This document shows, piece after piece, positions 47,920-63,219 of a stretch of 64,000 nt of DNA. A program made the translations under genes and the position numbers. Where the stretch lies: NCBI RefSeq assembly GCF_009914755.1, contig NC_060947.1. One strand, written 5' to 3'. The notes beneath the pieces were generated by a model that saw only the letters and a program-made list of their open reading frames with translations, was not told the DNA's origin and ran no database searches. Position 1 is the first letter of the stretch. Each line of letters opens with the position of its first letter. This DNA comes from the human T2T-CHM13v2.0 reference genome, Homo sapiens.

Positions 47920-48110
47920 ACCAGAAGCAGCAGGTGAGGCTGACAGAGCAACAGCACAGAAGGAGCCAGGTCTCTGGTGACCTTGGAGCTACCACACTAG
48001 CCCTGGATTACCTGCCTCCAAAAGAGGAATCTGCTTCCCTCCTCTTGAAGCCACTGGTGTTTGTGGTGGGGTTGGTGCGTGCAGCCAGATAAAATCCTGA
48101 GCAATCCATC
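47920..48110 (+). mobile_element. MLT1J/K-type LTR fragment
   Basis: cagcacagaaggagccaggtctctggtgaccttggagc...tgcagccagataaaatcc. Confidence 0.5.
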
Positions 48111-48129
48111 AGATGCTTCTGTGTTGGCC

Positions 48130-49720
48130 AATGTGAGTGTCAGTGAACAGGAGATACATGGGACTGGTGGGTGAGGGGCATGAATAATGGTGACTGAAGG
48201 GCAAATTGGGAGTAAATGAGAGCAAGGAGAGGCAAAGGGCAATGGAATGGAGGTGAATGAACACCAGAGTGGAGTGGATGTGGGCCAAAGTGAGGGAATG
48301 ACTATGCATGCATTCAATTATGAATGAATTTGAGATTATGATGAGATTAAGTAAATGATGGGAAATGAGGCACAGTCTCAGCGGAAAAAAGGTGAAAGTG
48401 GGAGCAGACTCTGAATGAATGGGGCAACTGAAGGGGGTGAATGTGAGTGGAGTTTATGTGAGTACTGAGGATTAGAGTGTGAATGAATGGTGGTTTTATG
48501 AGGCACAAGATGAATGAAGAGAGGGGAATTTAGGGAGACAGTAGGAGTGAATGGGGGTAATGTGGGATGGAAAGGGAAGAATGGGGTGCGGGAGGGACAG
48601 AATAAAAGAGTGGAGATGGATACATGGTAGAATGTGAAGCAGGCCGAGTTTGAGTGTGGGTGCTACGAGGGAGAAGGATGACTAGAGATGACTGGGATTA
48701 CATGGGCGTTATACAGGGTAGTAGCCCAGGAACGTGGGTGCACAGGGATCCCAGTGGGAATCGGCAAATGTGAATGAGCTGAAGAGTGCACATGAATGGA
48801 GGTGATGTTGGGCAGAGTGAGAGGGAATGAAAGTGAAGAGCAGAGGATGGGTGAACGTGGGTATTGTGAGGCAGAGAGTGGATGAAGGCTTCATGGCCTC
48901 GGGTGAGTAAAGCGAGGAAACATGGGGAGCCCGATGTGAGCAAAAGTAACGAATTTGAGGCACAGTGTGACAGAATGCGGGTACTGGGAGGCAGAATGGC
49001 AGCCATGAATCAGGAGCAGAATATGAGCAAGAAGAGGGTGATAGGGGTTACAGTGGGAATAGATTTAAAGGAATGAGGCAGTGAGAGGCAGAGTAAGAGT
49101 AAATGGAAACAATGAAGAGAAAACTGAGAAAGAACAGTGACTGGAGTGCAGTGGTGCGATCTTGGCTCACTTAGCGTAGGCTAAGTATATGTGGGTAACT
49201 TCAGCTAGTGTTTGGGAGTAATAGGGACAGAGCTCCAGGAAATGGGGGTGTTCCTGGGACAGCATCTGAGAGAATAGAGGTGAAGGAGGGGCAGAGGGGG
49301 AGTGAAGGGGGGAAATAATGAGGCCCCGGGTCAATGAAAGAAGCTGAAGGCTGGGCCACGTGCGAGTAAGCCAGAGTCATTTGATGCAGGGGCGGGAAAT
49401 AGAGGCAAAGATAGGAAATGAGTCTGAGTGAGAGTGAGTGGGGTGAAGAAGGAATATGACATGAAAGAATTTGGGTAATGCTAAGTAGACTGTGGGGAAT
49501 TGCGATAATATGAGGCCCAGTATGGGTGAATATAAGTGGCTGAAAGGCAGTGTAAGTGAATGGAGGAACAAAAGGCAGAATGAGAATGAAGTTGAAAAAG
49601 CAGTCAAGCATAAGAATGTATATGTAATATGCCATTTGTAATATGAAATGTGGGGCACATTCCAGTAAATTAGGATGGAACAGCACTTTAAGTGCAGAGA
49701 GGTGAACAAGGTACCAAGGA
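48130..49720. repeat. Purine-rich low-complexity block upstream of SPACA5 (with a 31-bp Alu sliver at 49141-49171)
   Basis: Recurrent tgaatg/gagtg/tgaggca motifs. Confidence 0.6.
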
Positions 49721-49724
49721 TGAG

Positions 49725-49833
49725 TGCTATGGTTTGAATGTGTGCCTTCCAAAATTCAGATGTCAGAAACTTAATCCCCAATGCAACAGTGTTGGGAGGT
49801 GGGGCCTTTAATCCCCAATGCAACAGTGTTGGG
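49725..49833 (+). mobile_element. MST 5' LTR fragment with 26-bp duplication
   Basis: tgctatggtttgaatgtgtgcc; ttaatccccaatgcaacagtgttggg at 49771 and 49808. Confidence 0.75.
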
Positions 49834-49979
49834 CGATGTTGAGGCTTCTGTGTTGCGCGTTCCAGAATCTACCACTTAGACCTTTGCTCATAGAGCCCAG
49901 AGTTCCAGAATGCCCCTAATTCCGAACACCACAGGGTGAGTCTGGAGCAAGTCACCTGGGAGGGCTTACAGGTGCCATA

Positions 49980-50124
49980 ATGAAGGCCTGGGGCACTGTG
50001 GTAGTGACCTTGGCCACGCTGATGGTTGTCACTGTGGATGCCAAGATCTATGAACGCTGCGAGCTGGCGGCAAGACTGGAGAGAGCAGGGCTGAACGGCT
50101 ACAAGGGCTACGGCGTTGGAGACT
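49980..50124 (+). CDS. SPACA5: SPACA5 (lysozyme-like 5) coding exon 1: signal peptide + KIYERCELA
   Basis: MKAWGTVVVTLATLMVVTVDA-KIYERCELAARL, a c-type lysozyme N-terminus; donor T|gtgaga. Confidence 0.95.
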
Positions 50125-50279
50125 GTGAGAATCCAGTTGCCCCAAATCCCATCCAAACCCTGAGCCACCCGCCACATTCAGACCCAGGCCCCTTCTTGTC
50201 CTTTATCACCTCTCCAGGCCTGGGCATGATCCCTTGAGTCACTCCCTGACTGACTATGCTGAGTAGTTTAACTAACTCT

Positions 50280-50460
50280 AACACCACCACCATTATTGCC
50301 TTCACAACCATCACCTCCATCTCTGCCATCAACACCATCACTACAATCAATATCATCACCACTGTTACCATCATGAATACCATCGCTACCACCATCACTG
50401 ATGTCTCACCAGAATCACCAACATCACCACCACTAAACCAAGATCACCACCCTCACAACT
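50280..50460. repeat. Degenerate (CAC/CAT)n tract
   Basis: accaccaccattatt...accatcact. Confidence 0.8.
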
Positions 50461-50552
50461 GAGATGACAACCATCCCTGTCCTCCCCCCATCCTATCCTT
50501 CCCTATTCCCAAGCTCTATACCTACTCCCTGCCTCCCTTCTCCCTGCCCCAG

Positions 50553-50711
50553 GGCTGTGCATGGCTCATTATGAGAGTGGCTTTGACACCGCCTTCGTGG
50601 ACCACAATCCTGATGGCAGCAGTGAATATGGCATTTTCCAACTGAATTCTGCCTGGTGGTGTGACAATGGCATTACACCCACCAAGAACCTCTGCCACAT
50701 GGATTGTCATG
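50553..50711 (+). CDS. SPACA5: SPACA5 coding exon 2 (WLCMAHYESGFDT...SSEYGIFQLNSAWWC...NLCHMDCH)
   Basis: ccccag|GG; G|gtaagt; lysozyme-family motif YGIFQ(I/L)NS. Confidence 0.96.
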
Positions 50712-51148
50712 GTAAGTCAGCACTGGGGACCCACTGAAGCCCTGCTGGGCCCTACTCTCCCACACATGGAGGGCAAGGTTGTTTAAGCCATAATCTCCTG
50801 CAACAAGAGAAAAATGATGGGAAAAGGAGAGAAGTTGCCTGAGCTATTAAAGACACCATCCTCTACCCCTACCCAGACTATCCTGAGAGGTTGTTTAGGA
50901 CAGAAGAGCTCAGAGCTCCCAATCCTCACCCAGAATGGACACTGCAGTTTTCTTAGACTCAGGAAACAGGAAACTTACCTCCATGTGGAACAGAGTTAGA
51001 AACTGTCCTGATTTGGGGTTGAGGTTACCCAGGCCCCGAGGAAAGAAGCAGAGTGTCTGGTTCTAGAAACAGAAACAGATAACCTCCATGCAGAAATGAC
51101 AGAACTTTCCAGATAAGACTGGTGTTGTTGAGGACAAAATAGAATAGC

Positions 51149-51452
51149 CGTTAAAGTTGTTCAGTGTTGGCCAAAATGGTGGTTGAGGTTGTCCAAGACA
51201 GGAAAAAATGGAGACTGAGGTTATTTGGGGCCAGCCCAAATGGAGGTTGAGGTTGTCCAGGACCAGACAGTATGGAGGTTGGGGTTATTCATAACTAGCC
51301 AACATGACAATCTAGATCATCCAGGATCAGTCAACATGAGTTAAGGTTGTACAGAACCAGCTAACATGGTGATTAAGATCATTCATAACCAACTGACAAG
51401 AGAATCAAGGTCATCAAGAATCAGTCAACATAGTGGTTGAGGTTCTTCAGGC
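51149..51452. repeat. Degenerate 32-bp minisatellite, ~9.5 copies
   Basis: Consensus near ggttgaggttgtccaggaccagccaacatgga at 32-nt spacing. Confidence 0.75.
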
Positions 51453-51541
51453 CCCAAGGAACCCAAAACCCTTGGGCCCTCCATTCACTGTTATCCTATC
51501 CCCAGTGCACCAGACCACCATGTCCCTCTCTTCCCCCTCAG

Positions 51542-51620
51542 ACCTGCTCAATCGCCATATTCTGGATGACATCAGGTGTGCCAAGCAGATTGTGTCCTCA
51601 CAGAATGGGCTTTCTGCCTG
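51542..51620 (+). CDS. SPACA5: SPACA5 coding exon 3 (DLLNRHILDDIRCAKQIVSSQNGLSAW)
   Basis: cctcag|AC; TG|gtaagt; 79 nt as in lysozyme-family exon 3. Confidence 0.96.
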
Positions 51621-51724
51621 GTAAGTTCATGGGGATGGCCCAGGCCATGGGCAGCCAGGGATAGTGTCACTGCCACCCCATCAACCTGTCCACTTCATCC
51701 TCTCTCCTTTCCTTCATTTCCCAG

Positions 51725-51821
51725 GACTTCTTGGAGGCTACACTGTTCTGGCCATGATTTATCTGAATGGCTCAAGGGGTGTGATATGCATGTGAAAATT
51801 GATCCAAAAATTCATCCATGA
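51725..51821 (+). CDS. SPACA5: SPACA5 coding exon 4 (TSWRLHCSGHDLSEWLKGCDMHVKIDPKIHP*)
   Basis: ttcccag|G; TGA 51819-51821; four exons total 480 nt = 159 aa, 8 Cys. Confidence 0.95.
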
Positions 51822-51877
51822 CTCAGATTCGAAGAGACAGATTTTATCTTCCTTTCATTTCTTTCTCTTGTGCATTT

Positions 51878-51883
51878 AATAAA
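51878..51883 (+). terminator. SPACA5: SPACA5 polyadenylation signal
   Basis: AATAAA 56 nt after the stop. Confidence 0.8.
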
Positions 51884-52084
51884 GGATGGTATCTATAAAC
51901 AATGCAAAAGATGCTCTGATGTCTGACTCTCTTCATTTATTCAATGCCTGGAGGTACCCTCATTCCGTCACTTCCTCCATGTATTCAAAGCTCTAATTAA
52001 GAAATACCAGATCACTCAGAGTGGGGAAGGAAGGGAGGATAGTGTTGTGAATCAAGAGCATGTTGTTCTCCTGGGTTCAGAAGC

Positions 52085-52250
52085 CATCTCTACCACCTAC
52101 TAGCTGTGTTGCCTTGGAAGAGATACTTAAATTCTCTGAGCCTCAGTTTCCTCATCTGTTAAATAAGGATGATAATAGTAACTACTTGATGGGGTTATTG
52201 GGAGGATTAAATGAATTAATATTTGTAAAACGCATAAAGTGCTTGGTACA
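52085..52250 (+). mobile_element. MIR
   Basis: tagctgtgttgccttgg...tctctgagcctcagtttcctcatctgt. Confidence 0.8.
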
Positions 52251-52329
52251 TAAGACAGTTGTAGGTTTGGAGATAGAGGAGTGGGATGGGAGAGATGAAA
52301 ATTGGCTTCCCTTAAAAAGAATCACTCTC

Positions 52330-52635
<306 letters not shown>

Positions 52636-53230
52636 TTAAGGCAGATACAGTCTCTTCAGGGGAGAATGAATCTAATAGGATTGTGCTTACACAGGAAGCT
52701 CAGTGGGAATCAGGAGTTAAAGGTACGTTTCCCCACATCCTCCCACATAACACCATTCTTCCAGCCCCCAGCCCCTCTTTCATGATCAAAGTCTGAAGTT
52801 TAAAATGACAGAGCGGGAATGTAGGCAAAACATTCAATGGACACACGTGGTAATAATTTCTTCTTACAGAGTGCCTGAGTGTCACTTTGTGTCTTGAGCA
52901 GAGAATTTAGGAATTTCAATTTGCCATTCTTTGCAATGGCCAGCACCTTTGGAAGCAGCCACTCCCATAAGGAAGCAGTCCCTCATGTTCTTTGTACTCT
53001 TTGATTGGGGTGGATACTCAAGCACCTGAGACCTTGAAGTGTTCACTTCAACCAGGATAATCACAGATGAGCATGAAAACAGCTAGCTGCCACTGCATGC
53101 CAAGGAATGCCGGAGCCCCCTTCCTTAATGCCAACTGGATTTCCCCCGCCTTGCACCCCAACCAGCCTAGGTAATCAAATCTCACATCTCCCTGTGGGTC
53201 CATAAAGAGTGCCAACACTTTGGGTACTGA

Positions 53231-53590
<360 letters not shown>

Positions 53591-53893
53591 TAATTGTTGT
53601 TTTTTAATGGCTATCTTTAAATCTGTAACTTCCTATAATTTGATAAACCCTTTTGTTCTTGTATGGCACTTATTCTCCATTATGACAAAACAGCGATTTT
53701 TAATAATAGTAGATTTTATTAATTTTTCTATGAGAGTTTGGTATTAAATCTGGAGACATTTTTCCTGAGTATCATTTCCAAGGACTATGCTTATTTAATT
53801 AATTAAATTGGGTTTCCTTTAATACCTGCATCTAGATTTATGGTGAGGTTTGGCTTCCAACTGACAGCCCTCATACCTTCAAGGCCACAAAAG

Positions 53894-53928
53894 GTGCCTC
53901 TTTAGCTGGTCATCAGCTTGCCAGGCTT
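53894..53928 (-). pseudogene. Stub of a KZFP zinc-finger exon ((E)AWQADDQLKRH); finger array absent
   Basis: gctggtcatcagcttgccaggcttctagaaagaata resembles ZNF182 ctgttcatcaacttgacagacttctagaaagaagta (19955-19990); same acceptor ttctttctag|AA. Confidence 0.75.
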
Positions 53929-54115
53929 CTAGAAAGAATAATAATAATCCACACTCTAGCCTGTGAATACAGCTTTGTCAGAAGTAGGTCTCTGGTGGGA
54001 CTGACTTTTCTTTCAAGCCTATATACCAGTCAGAAAGAAATTCCAAGTAGATTTCTTTCCTACACCCTGAGCTTGAGAAAACAAACAAACAAACAAACAA
54101 ACCCAAGTTGCTCTA

Positions 54116-54513
<398 letters not shown>

Positions 54514-54807
54514 TAGGGGAGAGAAGGTAAAAATAGGTTTAGGGAGCCATGAACAGGGGAAAGGGAGATTAGAAGGGTAGCAGATCCACGATTTGTGGGG
54601 AGAAGGACTCAAATAGAACGCAAATAGCCTTTTAGGAAAGCTGGAAACAAATGAGGTGACCAAGAGAATAAGCAGAAGGACGAGGCCAGATTGTGGTGAG
54701 GCTAGCTCTTCACCATCTCACTCCAACATTACTGTGAGAGAATAGCTCACAAAACTAACAATTTACAGTTAGCAACAGAAGTTCATATCCTTTAAGAAGA
54801 CATTTCT

Positions 54808-55114
<307 letters not shown>

Positions 55115-55188
55115 GAAGATATTTCTGAGCTTTCAAAGATGTCCAGCCCTCACTGACCCACTGCAGTATCCTTCTCATGACTTCCCAT

Positions 55189-55520
<332 letters not shown>

Positions 55521-55538
55521 TGCTCATTTCTTTCTTAG

Positions 55539-55631
55539 CTGTACAACTCAAACTTGGGACTTCTCTCTCTGTGATCCAAAGTCCTCCTTCCTCCAAAGAG
55601 GCAATCACATCTGGTTTGGTCACGGGATACC
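55539..55631 (-). pseudogene. KRAB-B pseudo-exon ((G)[30 protein letters not shown])
   Basis: Acceptor ccgttacag|GG; open 93 nt; donor mutated to G|ctaaga. Confidence 0.88.
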
Positions 55632-55879
55632 CTGTAACGGAAAATGATACAAGACTTGGGCACGTCTGTGTGGGCTTTGGGACCTCAAAAAGTTAGGAAG
55701 GCACATATTCATGAGGCTAAATTTCACATAGGAGATGAAAATAGAAACACCTTGTTCAGTCTAGGAGGGATTAAGCATCTTTAATCCCTAGAACCTGAGG
55801 TCAAAATATTGAAGCACTTCAGAGATGGAAAGTTATTCTACTGGATATACCATGAATTACTCAGAGAAGCCATCCTCAC

Positions 55880-56030
55880 CCACAGAGACCAGAAGGCTGT
55901 AGTTCTGTAGTATCACATCTCTATATCTCTCTATATTTCTCTAGAATCACAAGGTCCTCTGAGGAGGATCCAGTCAATTCCACCACTCCTGGGTGAAATC
56001 CGCAAGACACATCATCAAATGACACGATCC
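55880..56030 (-). pseudogene. KRAB-A pseudo-exon (VSFDDVS/ADFTQEWWN*LDPPQRTL[24-nt insertion]YRDVILQNYSLLVSV)
   Basis: ccgttacag|GGA; G|gtgagg; compensating 1-nt indels, in-frame TGA, 151 nt = 127+24. Confidence 0.9.
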
Positions 56031-56159
56031 CTGTAACGGAATGCTTCTATTCAATTGGTTGGATAAAAATTAAAATGATAATACTTTTTAAAATAAAGAA
56101 AATATTCTTCAGAGAGAAGCTACTCTTTAACCATTTCAAAAAGGGCTTTTCTGAGATAT

Positions 56160-57545
<1,386 letters not shown>

Positions 57546-57550
57546 AACTA

Positions 57551-58216
<666 letters not shown>

Positions 58217-58381
58217 GTAAGAGAAAGATTTAAAAATCCCACAGGAAAAAGAGTAGCATTTGGGAAAGAATGATTCACAAAAGAAATATGAAAAGAAAAA
58301 CGTATGAAAAGATACTCAATTTCATTGACAAACACACACAAAAGAAATGAGATATTTTCAACTATCAAATGGCAAGGATTA

Positions 58382-60030
58382 GCTCTCCCTCTCCCTCTCC
58401 CTCTCCATCTCCCTCTCCCTCATCCCTCTCCCTCATCCCTCTCCCTCTCCCTCTCCCTCTCCATCTCCCCCTCCCCCTCCCTCTCCGTCTCCCTCTCCCC
58501 TTTGCACGGTCTCCCTCTGATGCAGAGCCAAGGCTGGACTGTACTGCCGCCATCTCGGCTCACTGCAACCTCCCTGCCTGATTCTCCTGCCTCAGCCTGC
58601 CGAGTGCCTGGGATTGCAGGCGCGCACCGCCACGCCTGACTGGTTTTCGTATTTTTTGGTGGAGACGGGGTTTCGCCGTGTTGGCCGGGCTGGTCTCCAG
58701 CTCCTAACCGCGAGTGATCTGCCAGCCTCGGCCTCCCGAGGTGCCGGGATTGCAGACGGAGTCTCGCTCACTCAGTGCTCAATGTTGCCCAGGCTGGAGT
58801 GCAGTGGCGTGATCTCGGCTTGCTACAAACTCCACCTCCCAGCTGCCTGCCTTGGCCTCCCAAAGTGCCGAGATTGCAGCCTCTGCCTGGCCGCCACCCC
58901 GTCTAGGAAGCGAGGAGCATCTCTGCCTGGCCGCCCATCGTCTGGGATGTGAGGAGCCCCTCTGCCTGGCCGCTCAGTCTGGGAAGTGAGGAGCGCCTCT
59001 TCCCGGCCGTCATCCCGTCTAGGAAGTGAGGAGCGTCTCTGCCCGGCCGCCCATCGTCTGGGATGTGGGGAGCGCCTCTGCCCCGCCGCCCCGTCTGAGA
59101 TGTGAAGAGTGCCTCTGCCCCGCCGCGACCCCGTCTGGGAACTGAGGAGTGTCTCTGCCCCGCCGCCACCCCGTCTGGGAGGTGAGGAGCGTCTCTGACT
59201 GGCCGCCCAGTATGAGAAGTGAGGAGCTCCTCCGCCCGGCAGCCGCCCCATCTGGGAAGTGAGGAGCATCTCCGCCTGGCAGCCGCCCCGTCCGGGAGGG
59301 AGGTGGGGGGGTCAGCCCCTGCCCAGCCAGCCGCCCTGTCCAGGAGGTGGGGGGGTCAGCCCCTGCGCAGCCAGCAGCCCTGTCAGGGAGGTGGGGGGCA
59401 GCCCCCACCAGGCCGCCGCCCCGTCTGGGAGGTGGGGGGCGCCTCTGCCCGGCCACCCCATCTGGGAAGTGAGGAGCCCCTCTGCCCAGCTGCCACCCCG
59501 TCTGGGAGGTGTACCCAAGAGCTCATTGAGAACGGGCCATGATGACGATGGCGGTTTTGTTGAATAGAAAAGGGGGAAATGTGGGGAAAAGAAAGAGAAA
59601 TCAGATTGTTACTGTGTCTGTGTAGAAAGAAGTAGACATAGGAGACTCCATTTTGTTCTGTACTAAGAAAAATTCTTCTGCCTTGGGATGCTGTTAATCT
59701 ATAACCTTACCCCCAGCCCCGTGCTCTCTGAAACATGTGCTATGTCCAGAAACGGTTAAATGGATTAAGGGCGGTGCAAGATGTGCTTTGTTAAACAGAT
59801 GCTTGAAGGCAGCATACTCGTTAAGAGTCATCACCACTCCCTAATCTCAAGTACCCAGGGACACAAACACTGCGGAAGGCGGCAGGGCCCTCTGCCTAGG
59901 AAAACCAGAGACCTTTGTTCACATGTTTATCTGCTGACCTTCCCTCCACTATTGTCCTATGACCCTGCCAAATCCCCCTCTCCGAGAAACACCCAAGAAT
60001 GATCAATAAATACTAAAAAAATTAAAAAAA
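58382..60030 (+). mobile_element. Full-length SVA (older subfamily, SVA_A-C)
   Basis: (CCCTCT)n hexamer, Alu-like region, VNTR, SINE-R, AATAAA+polyA; 15-bp TSD aaatggcaaggatta at 58367-58381 and 60031-60045. Confidence 0.95.
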
Positions 60031-60224
60031 AAATGGCAAGGATTAAAACCATGACAAGAAGATTAGAAAGGGTATTTTCATTCATTATTAGTGGGGGGTG
60101 TCAACTTGTACTAACTTTTCAAAAGGCAATTTGGCAATGTCTATGAAAGTTCAAAACGTGCCCACCTTTTGAACCAGACACTCTAGAAATGCTCACCACT
60201 GTGTACAAAGATAGATGACAAGAT

Positions 60225-61095
<871 letters not shown>

Positions 61096-61269
61096 GACGA
61101 CAAGAGAGATCACTGCCACACTGTAGCAGAAATTACACAGAAGTCCTTCAATATGGGGCTGATTAATAAATCGTAGTACATGCATACAAGAAAAAAAAGC
61201 ATCTCTTAAAAATATCTCTATGTCCTGATACTGAAATACCTTCCATCAACAAGTGTTCATTAAGTAGGG

Positions 61270-61520
61270 GCTATTCCAGCTATGCCAGTGAGCAGCTGTG
61301 CAAGCCCATGCAATCTGCTTATCCACTCTGGTACTCAGCTTCCTTAGCTGTAAGAGGTAGATAAAAATGGTACCTACTTCCTAAGGTCATTGTGAGAATT
61401 AAAAGTGATCATGCATATATAATGCTTAGTATGGTGTCAGGTGCAGTGTGAGCTCACTACATGTCGGCTCTTGTTGTGTCACTTTTGTTATCATTATCAT
61501 TTGTATTATCATTATCATTA
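61270..61520 (+). mobile_element. MIR
   Basis: ctcagcttccttagctgtaa...gtacctacttcctaagg...ttgtgagaattaaa. Confidence 0.65.
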
Positions 61521-62519
61521 CCACTATGACCATTATTAATACTATTCTGGGCAAATGGAATGGCAAAACAGTTTTACATAATGAGCAGATTTTAGCAAAA
61601 GGAAGACATTTACATAAGTATATATTTATATGTGTATGTAAATATAAAGAGAAAGAACAAGGGGGAGAGAGAGGTGTATAGGTGGAAATTAACCAAATTC
61701 ATCAGAAATTGGTTATTTGGAATGAGTGGTGATATGAGATTATAAGTGAATTCCCCCTTTCAGATTGTATATTCCTCAAGAGTTTGGATTTTTGGTGTGC
61801 TACTTCTAAATCACTTCTGTAGGAAGAGAAAAAAATGACAAAATAATATAGACTTTCTTAAAAAGGGCAGAAGGGAAAGTACTGAACATGCTTAGGGACA
61901 TCATGAATTCTGAGCCTAAAAAGGAAAAGGGCAGACCTTTGGGTTGCTCAGGCTGTTCTGAAACCCCAGATGTGGAAAAACTACATATAGATCAGAAAAG
62001 AATTTGAAGGGCATGAGGTTTACTGATTCTTCCTGATGATCAAGGTCCATATATTGAGCCAGAACATAAGAGCTATTTGTGCAGACATGGCTTTGATTTC
62101 CTGAAGAGTCACATATTTTTAGTTCTGCTTTAGCAGGACACCTTTGGTTGACATGCAGACATATTTTAAGTCACAGCAGAGCAATCCTATCTCTGTATTT
62201 ATCACAAGATTGCTGATAAGGGACTTGGCTGACGCATCAGAGAACTGTCTTATCAAAGAAATCTTTGCTTCTGAGGAAGTGGCTTACTTTCTCTGTATGG
62301 GTGAGATAAATAAAGCAAATGAGCTTTTTTCCCCCTCTATGTTGTGGCTTCTAGGAAGCTCAGAAAAATAACTGTAGCTCAACATAATTATGTAGAATCC
62401 TATGATCTACATATAGACATTTCAACCTGGCCTTGGTTTTGCTCTACTTCCCTATTCCATTTTATGTGTTTATATGTATCCATTTTATGGTATTAATAAT
62501 AGTATAATAATAATATTAA

Positions 62520-62712
62520 ACTCATATATAAGACTTACGTATGTGCTAGGCATTGTTGTAAACACTTATATTGACTCAATTGATCTACACAACAACCATA
62601 CAAGGCAGGTATTATTATTATTATCATTAACATCATCATCCCTATTTTACAGTTAGAGAAACTAAGGCACAAAGAGGTTAAATGACGACTCTGTCCGCAG
62701 ACCACCAGCCCT
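62520..62712 (-). mobile_element. MIR
   Basis: atgtgctaggcattg...attttacagttagagaaactaaggcacaaagaggttaaatgac. Confidence 0.75.
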
Positions 62713-62974
62713 CTCACTTCCGTTCGATGTAAACTCTCTGCCCCGCCTCATACCCTGCTCTGATGTTAAGATCCGAATGCTTATTCAGGCAAGGTCCCCT
62801 TGTGTTTCCAAAATCAGTCACAACTTCCTCTGACAGCCACCTTTTTCCGACCTTTATCCTGCATTAATTAGGTACTGCCAGTCACTATACTTGCTCATGC
62901 GCAGTACCGTTCCCAAAGCCGTCGGTGCTAGCAGCCAAAGTTGTTCTGTGGTTTTCTTTAATTTAATGATTAAA

Positions 62975-63210
62975 TTTTTTTAATTGTACATATTTGTAGG
63001 GTGCAGAGTGGTATTTCAATACATGCATACAATGTGTAATGATCAAATCAGGGTAATTAGCATGTGCATCACCTCAAATATTTATCATTTCTTTGCGTTG
63101 GGAATATTCAAAATCCTCTCTTCTAGGTATTTGAAAATGTACAATAAATTATTGCTAACTATAGTTATTAAGCAGTGCTATAGAACACCAAAACTTTTTT
63201 GTTCCTTAAC
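62975..63210 (-). mobile_element. L1MA 3' end fragment
   Basis: tacatgcatacaatgtgtaatgatcaaatcagggtaattagcat. Confidence 0.8.
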
Positions 63211-63219
63211 TGCAATGAT

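Noticed and set aside
51149-51452. Regularly spaced repeats as a CRISPR-like array
   Set aside because: Eukaryotic intron; units are contiguous and degenerate, with no unique spacers.
49980-51821. Calling the gene SPACA5B
   Set aside because: The coding sequence cannot separate the copies, but adjacency to ZNF182 points to SPACA5 by recalled gene order.
58304-60002. GC-rich ORFs in the SVA, and likewise at 7106-7758
   Set aside because: Products of hexamer/VNTR repeats.
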